A stretch of 64,000 nucleotides of DNA, from positions 133,187 through 197,186 of the forward strand of contig CAZGBK010000001.1 of NCBI GenBank assembly GCA_964524005.1, written 5' to 3'. The stretch comes from an uncultured Enterobacteriaceae bacterium (lineage in GTDB: Bacteria; Pseudomonadota; Gammaproteobacteria; Burkholderiales; UBA3065). Each line of letters opens with the position of its first letter. Within the stretch, counting starts at the first letter, position 1. Shown here in pieces: positions 44,239-52,747 of this stretch. The translations under genes were made by a program, and so were the position numbers. A model generated the notes under the pieces. That model was not told where the DNA came from and did not search any database. It saw only the letters and a list, made by a program, of their open reading frames with translations.

Positions 44239-44520
44239 ATGGACTTAAGCCATCTCGAGATCTCGGTCGTCAACTATGAAGCCGGGCAGCTAGACGCAGA
44301 CGCACTCGCCCTGCAGTGGCGTCGCGCCCTGCCAGAGCTGGGCTCAGGTCTGTCGCCTGACCTGCTGGAAACTGCCGAAGCCCTGCTGATGCGCGTGGAG
44401 AGTGCGCGCTGGTTCAGCGGCGAAGCCTGCGGCTTCTCGTCTCGCGACCTGGCCATCGCGCTGCGGCGCTGGCTTGATATGGCGCGTGCGAGCCAGCCTG
44501 CTGGCGCATCGACGCGCTAG
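44239..44520 (+). CDS. Hypothetical protein
   Basis: 93 aa from ATG 44239 (the ORF extends to 44134). No recognisable motif. The coding call rests only on frame length and GC3. Confidence 0.3.
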   Translation: MDLSHLEISVVNYEAGQLDADALALQWRRALPELGSGLSPDLLETAEALLMRVESARWFSGEACGFSSRDLAIALRRWLDMARASQPAGASTR

Positions 44521-44537
44521 TCCGACCCGACGTCGCA

Positions 44538-45278
44538 ATGCGGCCTGTCGGTATTGTGCGCTTTGCACCCACAGAAGGACCGGCGTGGTTCGCCAGCTGG
44601 CTCACCGCTGCTGCCATCCCGTGGAAGGAGATCCGCCTGGACCAGGGCGAGCCCTTGCCCGCCGATACTTCGACGCTAAGTGGCCTAGGCCTAATGGGTG
44701 GGCCGATGAGCGTCAACGACCCGCTGCCCTGGGTTCCGCCACTGCTCGCCCTGATCCGCGATGCCGACCAACGTGGCGCGCCGGTGATCGGCCACTGTCT
44801 GGGAGGACAGCTGATCAGCCGAGCATTTGGTGGCCACGTTGGCATCAATATGGTCGATGGCGCACCAGCGAAGGAAATAGGCTGGCACACCGTTACGCCC
44901 GTCGACACCGAGCAGGCCCGCGACTGGTTCGGCACCCGCCTGGACTTTGATGTCTTTCAATGGCATGGCGAGACCTTTAGCACCCCGCCAGGAGCGATAC
45001 ACCTTGCAGCCAGCGCCCGATGCGCGAACCAGGCGTTTGCGATCGGACCTCACCTAGGCATGCAGTTCCACTGCGAGATGGACGAAGCGACGATCGCCAC
45101 CTGGTGCCAGAGCGGCGCCGACGAGGTCGCTGAAGCGCTTGCTGGACCACACCCCGAGGGCGTACAGGATGCCGCCACTGTCATGCACGCCACACCGGAA
45201 CGATTGCCGTGTATGCGAGCTATCAGCCGGCGGATCTACGAACGCTGGGCGGCCGGTCTGCGACGCGAGCGCCAATAA
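44538..45278 (+). CDS. Class I (type 1) glutamine amidotransferase-like protein
   Basis: 246 aa. GATase1 nucleophile elbow GHCLGGQL and a downstream His (QFH.E) region. Confidence 0.75.
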   Translation: MRPVGIVRFAPTEGPAWFASWLTAAAIPWKEIRLDQGEPLPADTSTLSGLGLMGGPMSVNDPLPWVPPLLALIRDADQRGAPVIGHCLGGQLISRAFGGHVGINMVDGAPAKEIGWHTVTPVDTEQARDWFGTRLDFDVFQWHGETFSTPPGAIHLAASARCANQAFAIGPHLGMQFHCEMDEATIATWCQSGADEVAEALAGPHPEGVQDAATVMHATPERLPCMRAISRRIYERWAAGLRRERQ

Positions 45279-45305
45279 AACAGCCGGGCCTAGAACCCGG
45301 CTGTT
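45272..45305 (-). terminator. Rho-independent terminator of the porin gene (stem AACAGCCGGG / CCCGGCTGTT, then TTTTATT on the minus strand)
   Basis: 10-bp perfect stem at 45279-45288 / 45296-45305 with a 7-nt loop. The minus-strand U-tract overlaps the stop codon of the convergent GATase gene. Confidence 0.6.
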
Positions 45306-45323
45306 CAAACCCTACCCACGCAT

Positions 45324-46115
45324 TCAGAAAGATCGACTGACGTAGCCGGTGACTTGGCTTTCGCTGCCGAAGATGTTCGACGTGAAAACGTTGCCGGCGT
45401 TATGTTTGGTGTACATCAGACCCAGTTCGGTATTGTTGAACTGCGCGCTCAACCTGCCAAGGTCGTACGCGAGACTAACCTTGTAGTCGCTGTACGAAAA
45501 AGCGCTGGGTCCTTTGAACTTCTGATGTCCCGCATGCAAGCCGGCAGTAAAGCCGGTATCACCAAGAGGAATGTTCAGTCCGACTTGGGCATACCAACTG
45601 CCATCGGCGTTGGTGACTTGAAAGACCTCATCGGACAAGGCGTACGAGTACTTCGCCGTCAACCAGCCATAGGACAGCGCGCCATATGCCTCGAGCGTGT
45701 CGGCTCTCGGCGTGCCACCGCGACTGCCCGGGTAGAAGTACTGCAACAAGCCAACGTCGTAACCGATCCCCGTATCGCCGATCTCGTTCGCAAAACCAGC
45801 GTAAACGTCAATCTCTACGCTGCTCGAGCTGTAACCGAGACCATCAGACCCGTCGGTATACGAATCCCGTAACCACGAGATATTCGACGCCCAAGTGCCG
45901 ATATAGAAACCGCTGGCGTGGCTGTAGTCGAAGCCACCCTGCAGCGCCGGGTCCTCGTTGGTCTGGCTGATACCCCGGAAGATGTACTGGCTGAACAGAC
46001 CAACATTCGCCGAGAAACTGTGCGGTGACTCTGGGGCGACCGCTTCTTCAGCGAAAGCCGCCGGGGCAACGACAAGCAGCCCGGCCACCACTCCGGTTGA
46101 AAGACCTCTCCTCAT
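45324..46115 (-). CDS. TorF-family (TIGR02001) outer-membrane beta-barrel porin, paralog 1
   Basis: 263 aa. Signal peptide ending AFA-EE, FSANVGLFSQYIFRGISQT, C-terminal ...GYVSRSF. SD AAGGAG. Close paralog of 62450-63220. Confidence 0.8.
   Translation of the reverse strand: MRRGLSTGVVAGLLVVAPAAFAEEAVAPESPHSFSANVGLFSQYIFRGISQTNEDPALQGGFDYSHASGFYIGTWASNISWLRDSYTDGSDGLGYSSSSVEIDVYAGFANEIGDTGIGYDVGLLQYFYPGSRGGTPRADTLEAYGALSYGWLTAKYSYALSDEVFQVTNADGSWYAQVGLNIPLGDTGFTAGLHAGHQKFKGPSAFSYSDYKVSLAYDLGRLSAQFNNTELGLMYTKHNAGNVFTSNIFGSESQVTGYVSRSF
45338..45398 (-). repeat. 61-nt tract identical to 62464-62524 (3' ends of the two porin genes)
   Basis: Base-by-base comparison of the two loci. The flanks are also near-identical. 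Confidence 0.95.
45945..46025 (-). repeat. 81-nt tract identical to 63050-63130 (5' parts of the two porin genes)
   Basis: Base-by-base comparison. Only 3 mismatches in the next ~40 nt, whereas the central parts of the genes differ by substitutions and indels. Confidence 0.95.
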
Positions 46116-46229
46116 GTTTTCTCCTTATCTCGGCATGTCGCCGTTTTCTGCTGCTGAGCGCGGTGTGGGGAGCGCCCTCACCACGGGGCGTATCCGGGCG
46201 TCGATGCGACACCGGAACGTTCTTTCGCC

Positions 46230-46502
46230 TCATGAGACCGGGCGTTGACTGAGGGCCCGGCGGTACCGCGCCCAGAGATACGCATCCATGACCATGATGG
46301 CGTAGATGAAAAAGCCGCCCGCGTGGCGGCCGATGAAGGAATGCTCGGGGGTGGTCAGGCGGTACGTCACCATGCCTAACGCAAACGCGAAGAACAGCAT
46401 CACCCACGCGCGGACCAGCATGCCATTCAGCACTTGGCCCATCCCGGGCAACACGATGGCAACAGCCAACACCAGCACGGGGGGCAATGGTCGGCGTGCC
46501 AT
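46230..46502 (-). CDS. Small polytopic membrane protein, unknown function
   Basis: 90 aa with 2-3 hydrophobic helices and an LPGMGQVLNG motif. Start lies 1 nt after the stop of the upstream gene. Confidence 0.5.
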   Translation of the reverse strand: MARRPLPPVLVLAVAIVLPGMGQVLNGMLVRAWVMLFFAFALGMVTYRLTTPEHSFIGRHAGGFFIYAIMVMDAYLWARYRRALSQRPVS

Positions 46503-46503
46503 C

Positions 46504-47196
46504 TCAACGACGCTCCAATTCCTTGTCGTGCAACCCGGTCGCCAACGAACGGGCCTTCGCCAACCAGGTTATAAGCCACTCGGACGGGATGCGTTCGATC
46601 TCCGGCAGCATCGAGCGCAAGACCATGTAGTGGCTACGCTCCACTCCGCACACGCGCACCACCAGGCGTATGCCCTTCGGCGTGACAACGATCTCCTTGA
46701 GGTCAGTGCTGTCGATAGCCTCACCGAGTGCCGCATGCATTTGCGCCAGCGGCGGCCTCCATCCGACCGGGCCAACCCGGGCCATGTGGTGCTCGGGCCA
46801 CTCACTGCCGAGGTAGACCCGTTCCGGCAGGCGGTCGATCGAGGAGAAGAATTCGATATTCGCTGGCCGGAATACGATGTCCACACGACCCTCTACCGGC
46901 AACGGCCGATCGACGGTGATGAGCAACCATAGCGACGGCACCTTTCGGTATCCGACATGGTCGAGCAGGGGTTGGAGCATCACCTGCTCGCCCTCGAAGC
47001 ACCCTCGCAGCAAAGGGTAGTCGCTACCTGGCGAGATCAACTCGGCGCCCTGCAGCACCGCTCGGCAGTCATCGAAGATACTGGCCCGGCGAGCACGAAA
47101 ACGCGCCTGCGCCCGACGCTGCCAGAACCAGGCCGCCGCCACCCCGACAAGGGCGACGGCGACGCCGGCGGACGACATCTCGGCCATGTGTTGCAC
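46504..47196 (-). CDS. N-terminally membrane-anchored protein, unknown function
   Basis: About 227-230 aa (GTG 47196, or ATG 47187 with an AGGTG SD). One TM helix followed by an Arg-rich stretch, then a ~190 aa domain with no motif I recognise. Confidence 0.5.
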   Translation of the reverse strand: MQHMAEMSSAGVAVALVGVAAAWFWQRRAQARFRARRASIFDDCRAVLQGAELISPGSDYPLLRGCFEGEQVMLQPLLDHVGYRKVPSLWLLITVDRPLPVEGRVDIVFRPANIEFFSSIDRLPERVYLGSEWPEHHMARVGPVGWRPPLAQMHAALGEAIDSTDLKEIVVTPKGIRLVVRVCGVERSHYMVLRSMLPEIERIPSEWLITWLAKARSLATGLHDKELERR

Positions 47197-47236
47197 CTAG
47201 ACGAAGATGCTGTCCAAGAGCGCGTAACCACGCATC

Positions 47237-48631
47237 TCAGTAGCCCCGCGGACGCGGCCACGGCATGGTGAACTGATCACCCCGACGCACGTACTGGTAG
47301 CGCCGCAACACGAACCAGACCGAGATCAGGATGTAGAACGCCATGATCGACAGCAGTGAGGCGCCATAGCCAAGATAGGTGGCGAAGTAGGTCGCGGCAC
47401 ACAACAAGCCGAGCAGGATCGCCGGCAGCGGATGGAACGGATGGATGTAGCCACGGTTGATCACACCCAACGGCCATAGTCGCCGGAACCGCACGATGTT
47501 GAAGGACATGAAGGTATAGCCGAGCAGGCCCGACAGGATCGAGAAGGTGATCACCTGGTCCAACAAACCAGTAAAGGCGAACGACACTGCGATCGGGATC
47601 AGAAACAGGATGGCCCGATAGGGAGTGCGATAACGCGGGTGTACCGCACCGAACCACTGCGGCATATAGCGATCGCGCGCCATCGAGAACCAGGCCCGCG
47701 AGGCATCGTTGATGCAGCCATTGGCTGAGGCCACCGCAGCGAAGATGGTGCCGATGAACAGGATCACCTCGAGTTCTAGGCTACCGCTCAGGCGTCCAGC
47801 ATCGTACAGCGGTGTAACCGCCTGGCCCAGATACTCCCAAGGCATCAGACCGGCACAGACATACCAGGTCATGGTCGCGGCGATGAGCAGAGTGATGATC
47901 CCGCCCATCGTGCCCAACGGGATCGAGCGGCCCGGCGACCGCACCTCTTCGGCCGCCTGACAGGTGCCCTCGATGCCAAGGTAGTACCACATGCCGAACT
48001 GCAAGGCGGCTAGCACCCCCAGCCAACCATAGGGGAGATCCGTGAGCAACTCGCTGTGCCGCAGGATCGATTCGCCGCCACCGAGACCGCTGGTGCTGAA
48101 GAACAGCACCACGATCGCCGCGAACGCGAACGCGGTGATGACAAAGTTCACCGTGAGCGTCATGAACACGCCGCGATAGTTGAGCCAAGCCAAGATGGCG
48201 ATGGTCAACACCACGAATGGCTTGGTGTCCACGTCAGCACCATACTGGGCCGCCACTGTCTGCACCAGATCGCCGACCACGAGGGCGTCCGCGGCTTCCA
48301 GCATGGTGTAGGCCATCACCAGATAGAGCCCGACGTTAAAGGCCATGAGGGGCCCGATGATGTGTTTAGCCTGGGTGTATTGCCCCCCGGCCGCAGCCAC
48401 CGTTGAGGTCACCTCGGAGTCGATCATCGCTACGCAGGTATAGAGCAAGCCAATGATCCAGCAGGCGATGAGGGCCCCAAACGCGCCTCCCTTGCCAACC
48501 GAGAAGTTCCAGCCCATGTATTCGCCGACTAGCACGATCCCTACACCCAGAGCCCAGACGTGAATCGGGCCGAGGACCTTCAGCAGCGAATTCTTCTGTG
48601 GCGGGCTGGCCGCCATTGCGGATGTACTCAT
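47237..48631 (-). CDS. APC-superfamily permease (ethanolamine permease Eat/EutP-like); candidate methylamine-related transporter
   Basis: 464 aa, about 12 TM helices, APC-type N-terminus (LG..HVWALGVGIV..GEY.GWN). SD AGGAG. Confidence 0.8.
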   Translation of the reverse strand: MSTSAMAASPPQKNSLLKVLGPIHVWALGVGIVLVGEYMGWNFSVGKGGAFGALIACWIIGLLYTCVAMIDSEVTSTVAAAGGQYTQAKHIIGPLMAFNVGLYLVMAYTMLEAADALVVGDLVQTVAAQYGADVDTKPFVVLTIAILAWLNYRGVFMTLTVNFVITAFAFAAIVVLFFSTSGLGGGESILRHSELLTDLPYGWLGVLAALQFGMWYYLGIEGTCQAAEEVRSPGRSIPLGTMGGIITLLIAATMTWYVCAGLMPWEYLGQAVTPLYDAGRLSGSLELEVILFIGTIFAAVASANGCINDASRAWFSMARDRYMPQWFGAVHPRYRTPYRAILFLIPIAVSFAFTGLLDQVITFSILSGLLGYTFMSFNIVRFRRLWPLGVINRGYIHPFHPLPAILLGLLCAATYFATYLGYGASLLSIMAFYILISVWFVLRRYQYVRRGDQFTMPWPRPRGY

Positions 48632-48640
48632 GTGCGGCTC

Positions 48641-48784
48641 CTATTCCTCTTCGCCTTCGCGCGAACTCAGCAGGAAGTCTTCGCCGTACTGCGAGCTGGT
48701 GAATCGGGCGTCGGCGATCATCCAACCGAACAGCACGATCGAGATCCCCCAGGCGGCGTATTCAAGCGCGGTCCAGAAGTCCAT
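48641..48784 (-). CDS. 47-aa single-TM protein with acidic tail, unknown function
   Basis: ATG 48784 lies 1 nt after the upstream stop, with SD GGGAGGG inside the upstream gene's last codons. Its stop is 9 nt before the permease ATG. Confidence 0.45.
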   Translation of the reverse strand: MDFWTALEYAAWGISIVLFGWMIADARFTSSQYGEDFLLSSREGEEE

Positions 48785-48785
48785 G

Positions 48786-49178
48786 TCATTTCCCTCCCGT
48801 CGAGCCGAAACGTTCGCGGATGACCTCGCGATATTCCCGGTCGGACGTGCGCAGTACGAAGATGAAGTAACCAACGATCACGGCGATGGTCAGCGACAGG
48901 CTCCATGGTTCGATGGTGTAGTCGAAGCGGTTGGTGATCAGCGGGGCAGCGTCTTCGATGCCGACGCCAAGCTTCTCCCATTGTTCAACCATGGCCGGGG
49001 TCTGCCCTAAGGCTTCCCAAGTGGGAGCTTCGGCCTCGACAACCGGCTCTGTCCCGGTTCCGCCAGAAAACAGCAGCGGCGCCATCAGACTGGCATACAC
49101 GAGCACCAGGACGACGAGGCTATCGAACAGCTGTCCGGCAGTGCCCTGCACGGGCGGTTCATAGGGTTTGCTCATCAT
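48786..49178 (-). CDS. 130-aa two-TM membrane protein, unknown function
   Basis: ATG 49178 overlaps the upstream stop (ATGA). Two hydrophobic helices flank a ~60 aa acidic loop. The ORF's upstream extension to 49433 was rejected. Confidence 0.5.
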   Translation of the reverse strand: MMSKPYEPPVQGTAGQLFDSLVVLVLVYASLMAPLLFSGGTGTEPVVEAEAPTWEALGQTPAMVEQWEKLGVGIEDAAPLITNRFDYTIEPWSLSLTIAVIVGYFIFVLRTSDREYREVIRERFGSTGGK

Positions 49179-49537
49179 GGCGCTCCGGGTTCGGTATCGA
49201 CATGAGCGGGCCGCAGCGAAAGTTCGCTCAGGCGCTGGCGGTTCAGGTCGAGGTTGCGAAGGTCCTGGCCATAGATGTGATCGCGATCTTCGCGATAGTG
49301 GGCCAGCATGGCGAACACTGCCGCCGTATTGAAGATCAGTACCAACGATCCGGCGACCAGCAGAACGACACCGATGGGCGACTCTAAAAACCCATGCGGT
49401 ACGACGATGTACACATAGATAAGAATCAACCACAAAAACGCCAAGATGCCCAAGGCGCTCCAGCGGTCACGGGTGTGCATTGCTTCGGCCCGCGCGGCGG
49501 TCGCTGGGTCGAGCGTGTGAGCAGTCTCTCTTTCCAT
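49175..49537 (-). CDS. 120-aa two-TM membrane protein, unknown function
   Basis: Strong SD GGAGGGGG 6 nt before ATG 49537. Two adjacent hydrophobic helices. Confidence 0.5.
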   Translation of the reverse strand: MERETAHTLDPATAARAEAMHTRDRWSALGILAFLWLILIYVYIVVPHGFLESPIGVVLLVAGSLVLIFNTAAVFAMLAHYREDRDHIYGQDLRNLDLNRQRLSELSLRPAHVDTEPGAP

Positions 49538-49700
49538 CTGAATCCCCCTCCAAAAATCGTTTTTATGAGATGGATAAAACGCCGACTGTTAATGGTGAGC
49601 AGTGAAGTGTGTGATCGCCTCCTTTATCGATAACGCTTAAATGCCAATGTCATAAAGTGGGTGCTGCATGGTGACCGAAGCCTGGTCGAGGCGCAAATGA

Positions 49701-51056
49701 CTAGCGCCCCGGTACCCAACTAGTTCCAGCCAGCGGCACACCAGCCATCGCCGCGGCCTCGATGGTCAGCGCCACCAGGTCTTCACGCTCAAGGTGATGC
49801 ACGTTCTGCTTGCCGCACGCACGGGCGATCGTGGTGAGCTCCATGTTCAGGGTCTTCAGGTAGTTGCGTACCCGGCGGGCGCCAACCTCCGGCTCCAGCC
49901 GCTGTTCCAGTTCAGCATCCTGAGTGGTGACGCCGACCGGGCACTTGCCGGTGTGGCAGTGGTGACAAAAACCGGGCGCCGTGCCTAGCGCATCGTAGGA
50001 CTCGAGCGCCGAGTAGTGCTGACCGTTGCGGATATAGGTCTCGGAATTGCAGCCTAGTGCAAACAGGACACCCTGGCCGATCGCCACCGCATCCGCGCCC
50101 ATCGCCAAGGCCTTGGCGACATCAGCGCCAGTGCGAATACCGCCGGAAACGATCAGCTGAACGGTTCCTTTCATGTTCAGGTCTTCCAACGCCTCGACCG
50201 CCTGACGCACGGCCGCCAAGGTCGGGATCCCGATATGTTCGATAAAGCAGGTCTGGGTCGCTGCGGTACCGCCCTGCATCCCGTCGACGACGACAACGTC
50301 GGCGCCAGAATGCACCGCCAGTTTCACGTCATGGAACACCCGAGTGGCGCCGACCTTCACATAGACCGGTTTTTCCCAGTCGGTCATCTCGCGCAATTCC
50401 TGGATCTTGATGGCGAGGTCGTCGGGGCCGGTCCAGTCGGGGTGGCGACAAGCCGAACGCTGGTCGACACCCTGTGGCAGGGTGCGCATCTTCGCCACCC
50501 GGGGGTTCACCTTCTGCCCCAGCAGCATGCCGCCGCCACCCGGCTTGGCGCCCTGGCCGATCACCACCTCGATGGCATCGGCACGCCGCAGGTCGTCCGG
50601 GTTAAAACCATAGCGGGACGGCAGGCACTGGTAGACCAGGGTCTTCGACGACCCGCGCTCCTCCTGTGTCATGCCGCCATCGCCGGTGGTGGTGCTGGTC
50701 CCCATCTCGCTGGCAGCACGGCCGAGCGCCTCTTTCACGTTGGCCGACAAAGCGCCGAAGCTCATGCCAGCGATGGTGATGGGGATGTCCAGCTCGATCG
50801 GCTTTTTGGCATAGCGCGTGCCCAAGATGGTCTTGGTACTGCACTTTTCGCGGTAGCCCTCGAGCGGGTAGCGCGACAACGAGCCCGCCAGGAACAGCAG
50901 GTCGTCGAAGTGCGGCACCGAGCGCTTTGCCCCCAGACCGCGGATCTCGTACAGACCATGAGCGGCTGCGTTCTGGATGTAGTCGATGATGCGCCGGTCG
51001 AAGCTCGCCGATTCTTCGGTCGAGTGGCGCTTGATATGCACTGGCTTCATGTCCAT
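49701..51056 (-). CDS. mgsC: N-methylglutamate synthase subunit C (GltB FMN-binding domain homolog)
   Basis: Glutamate-synthase domain-2 motifs (GMSFGALS, GQGAKPGGGG, VVVDGMQGGTAA). Start chosen at ATG 51056 (SD AAGGAAA). Third of three split GltB-domain genes next to gmaS. Confidence 0.75.
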   Translation of the reverse strand: MDMKPVHIKRHSTEESASFDRRIIDYIQNAAAHGLYEIRGLGAKRSVPHFDDLLFLAGSLSRYPLEGYREKCSTKTILGTRYAKKPIELDIPITIAGMSFGALSANVKEALGRAASEMGTSTTTGDGGMTQEERGSSKTLVYQCLPSRYGFNPDDLRRADAIEVVIGQGAKPGGGGMLLGQKVNPRVAKMRTLPQGVDQRSACRHPDWTGPDDLAIKIQELREMTDWEKPVYVKVGATRVFHDVKLAVHSGADVVVVDGMQGGTAATQTCFIEHIGIPTLAAVRQAVEALEDLNMKGTVQLIVSGGIRTGADVAKALAMGADAVAIGQGVLFALGCNSETYIRNGQHYSALESYDALGTAPGFCHHCHTGKCPVGVTTQDAELEQRLEPEVGARRVRNYLKTLNMELTTIARACGKQNVHHLEREDLVALTIEAAAMAGVPLAGTSWVPGR

Positions 51057-51081
51057 GGGGTTTCCTTGCCGCTCAGGGGGC

Positions 51082-51777
51082 TCAGTATTCTTGGTTGGCG
51101 TCGGCGTTCCAGTGGTACAAGCCACGCGCCGACGCGACACGTTTGAACGATTTCGGGTCGTGTTGCATGCCCGCTCGCTTCAGCAGTTCGTCAACCGTCT
51201 GGTAGTCCGCATCGGTCATCGGCTCGAACTGCGCATCGGCACCGAGCGAACGCGGTGTGCCGCGAATGTAGATGACCGCCTCGTACAGCGAGTCACCCAG
51301 CGCGTCACCAGCGTCGCCACAAATGACCATCCGGCCAGCCTGCGCCATGAACGCCGAAAAACTGCCCACCGAACCGCCGACGACGATGTCACCGCCCTTT
51401 AGCGAGATACCGCAACGCAAGCCGGCATCGCCATCGATGACCAACAGACCGCCGTGGGCACTGGCACCGGCGCCATTCGAGGCAAATCCCTTCACGTGCA
51501 CGGTGCCGCTCATCATGTTTTCGGCGACGCCCGTGCCGGCGCTGCCATGCACCACCACGGTCGCCTTCTTGTTCATCCCCGCAGCGTAGTAACCCGCATG
51601 GCCATGGATCTCGACCGTCACCGGCTGGTCCAGGCCGACGGCGATGTTGTGGGCGCCGTCGGGGTTGTGCACCTCGAACCGGCGTTGATCGCCTTCTGTC
51701 AGCTGCCGGTGCAAAAAGGTATTGACCTCGCGCAGCGGCGTGCTGGCCAGATCGAAACTCACTGGTTGCGCGTGCAT
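51082..51777 (-). CDS. mgsB: N-methylglutamate synthase subunit B (GXGXG / GltB C-terminal domain homolog)
   Basis: Repeated G.G.G beta-helix motifs (HGHAGYYAAGM, HGSAGTGVAENM, GDAGD.LG). Start chosen at ATG 51777 (SD GAGGTGG); an alternative ATG at 51801 overlaps mgsA. Confidence 0.72.
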   Translation of the reverse strand: MHAQPVSFDLASTPLREVNTFLHRQLTEGDQRRFEVHNPDGAHNIAVGLDQPVTVEIHGHAGYYAAGMNKKATVVVHGSAGTGVAENMMSGTVHVKGFASNGAGASAHGGLLVIDGDAGLRCGISLKGGDIVVGGSVGSFSAFMAQAGRMVICGDAGDALGDSLYEAVIYIRGTPRSLGADAQFEPMTDADYQTVDELLKRAGMQHDPKSFKRVASARGLYHWNADANQEY

Positions 51778-51788
51778 GTCTGCCACCT

Positions 51789-52697
51789 CTAAGCGTTCCA
51801 TACGTACATCTCTTCGGGCGCAGGCTCGAAGACGTTGGCGTGTTTCACGTCGGGCAGATGCGCCAGAGAACGGAACTCGCTGGCGATAGCCACGTAGTCG
51901 TCGGTCTCGGCGACCACCGCCGGCTTGCACGCGAACGGGTCACGGATCAAAGCGAGCTTGTCGGGTGTGCCCATGAGGAAGGTAAAGAAGCCATCGAGCT
52001 CCTCGAAGCCTTTTTGCAGGGCAGTCTCGAGATCGTCGCCTTCACGCAGGCGCCACTCGAGAAAACGACAGGCCGCCTCGGTGTCATTGTCGGTGTCGAA
52101 ATGGATTCCATGCGGCTCGAGCATGCGGCGCACGCCGTAGGGGTTCGACAAAGACCCGTTGTGCACCAGACAGAAATCCTCACCAGCGGTGAACGGGTGG
52201 GCGCGATCGGGCGTCACCGCCGACTCGGTGGCCATGCGGGTATGCCCGACCAGATGCGAGCCGGTCAGTTCGGCAAAATCGTAGCGCTCGGCCACCTCGG
52301 CCGGCGTACCGATGTCCTTGTAGAGATCGATGGTCTGGCCAGTCGACAAGATGTGTAGCCGCGGATGATGCTCGTGCAGCCATTTCTTCACCAGATCCGG
52401 CGACACGTCGAAGGTCAGTACGGCGTGGTTGTGTTTGACCTCGATCTGCGAGTCGACACTCAGGTGCTCCTTCAGGGCGTGGGTCAGACCATGCCAGTTG
52501 AAGTCGGCGCCGTCCTCGGTCAGCCCCGAATACAGACTGAGCTTGCGCGCCGCGCCCTTCAGTGGCTCGGCAAACACGGCCAAGCCCGCCGAATCCGGAC
52601 CGCGCTCGGTCATGCCGATGAGCATCGGCACCATCAGCTGCCCCAGTTGTTGCTTGAGCTCTGGCTTCTTGACCAGCAGCCCGACGATTCCACACAT
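51789..52697 (-). CDS. mgsA: N-methylglutamate synthase subunit A (class II glutamine amidotransferase domain homolog)
   Basis: The protein begins MCGIVG (Ntn-type Cys1). SD GGAGAG. The ORF's upstream extension to 52811 was rejected. Confidence 0.75.
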   Translation of the reverse strand: MCGIVGLLVKKPELKQQLGQLMVPMLIGMTERGPDSAGLAVFAEPLKGAARKLSLYSGLTEDGADFNWHGLTHALKEHLSVDSQIEVKHNHAVLTFDVSPDLVKKWLHEHHPRLHILSTGQTIDLYKDIGTPAEVAERYDFAELTGSHLVGHTRMATESAVTPDRAHPFTAGEDFCLVHNGSLSNPYGVRRMLEPHGIHFDTDNDTEAACRFLEWRLREGDDLETALQKGFEELDGFFTFLMGTPDKLALIRDPFACKPAVVAETDDYVAIASEFRSLAHLPDVKHANVFEPAPEEMYVWNA

Positions 52698-52747
52698 GTC
52701 TGTCTCTCCGACGAATCCCAGAAACGGCCGGCCCACACCGGCCCGGC

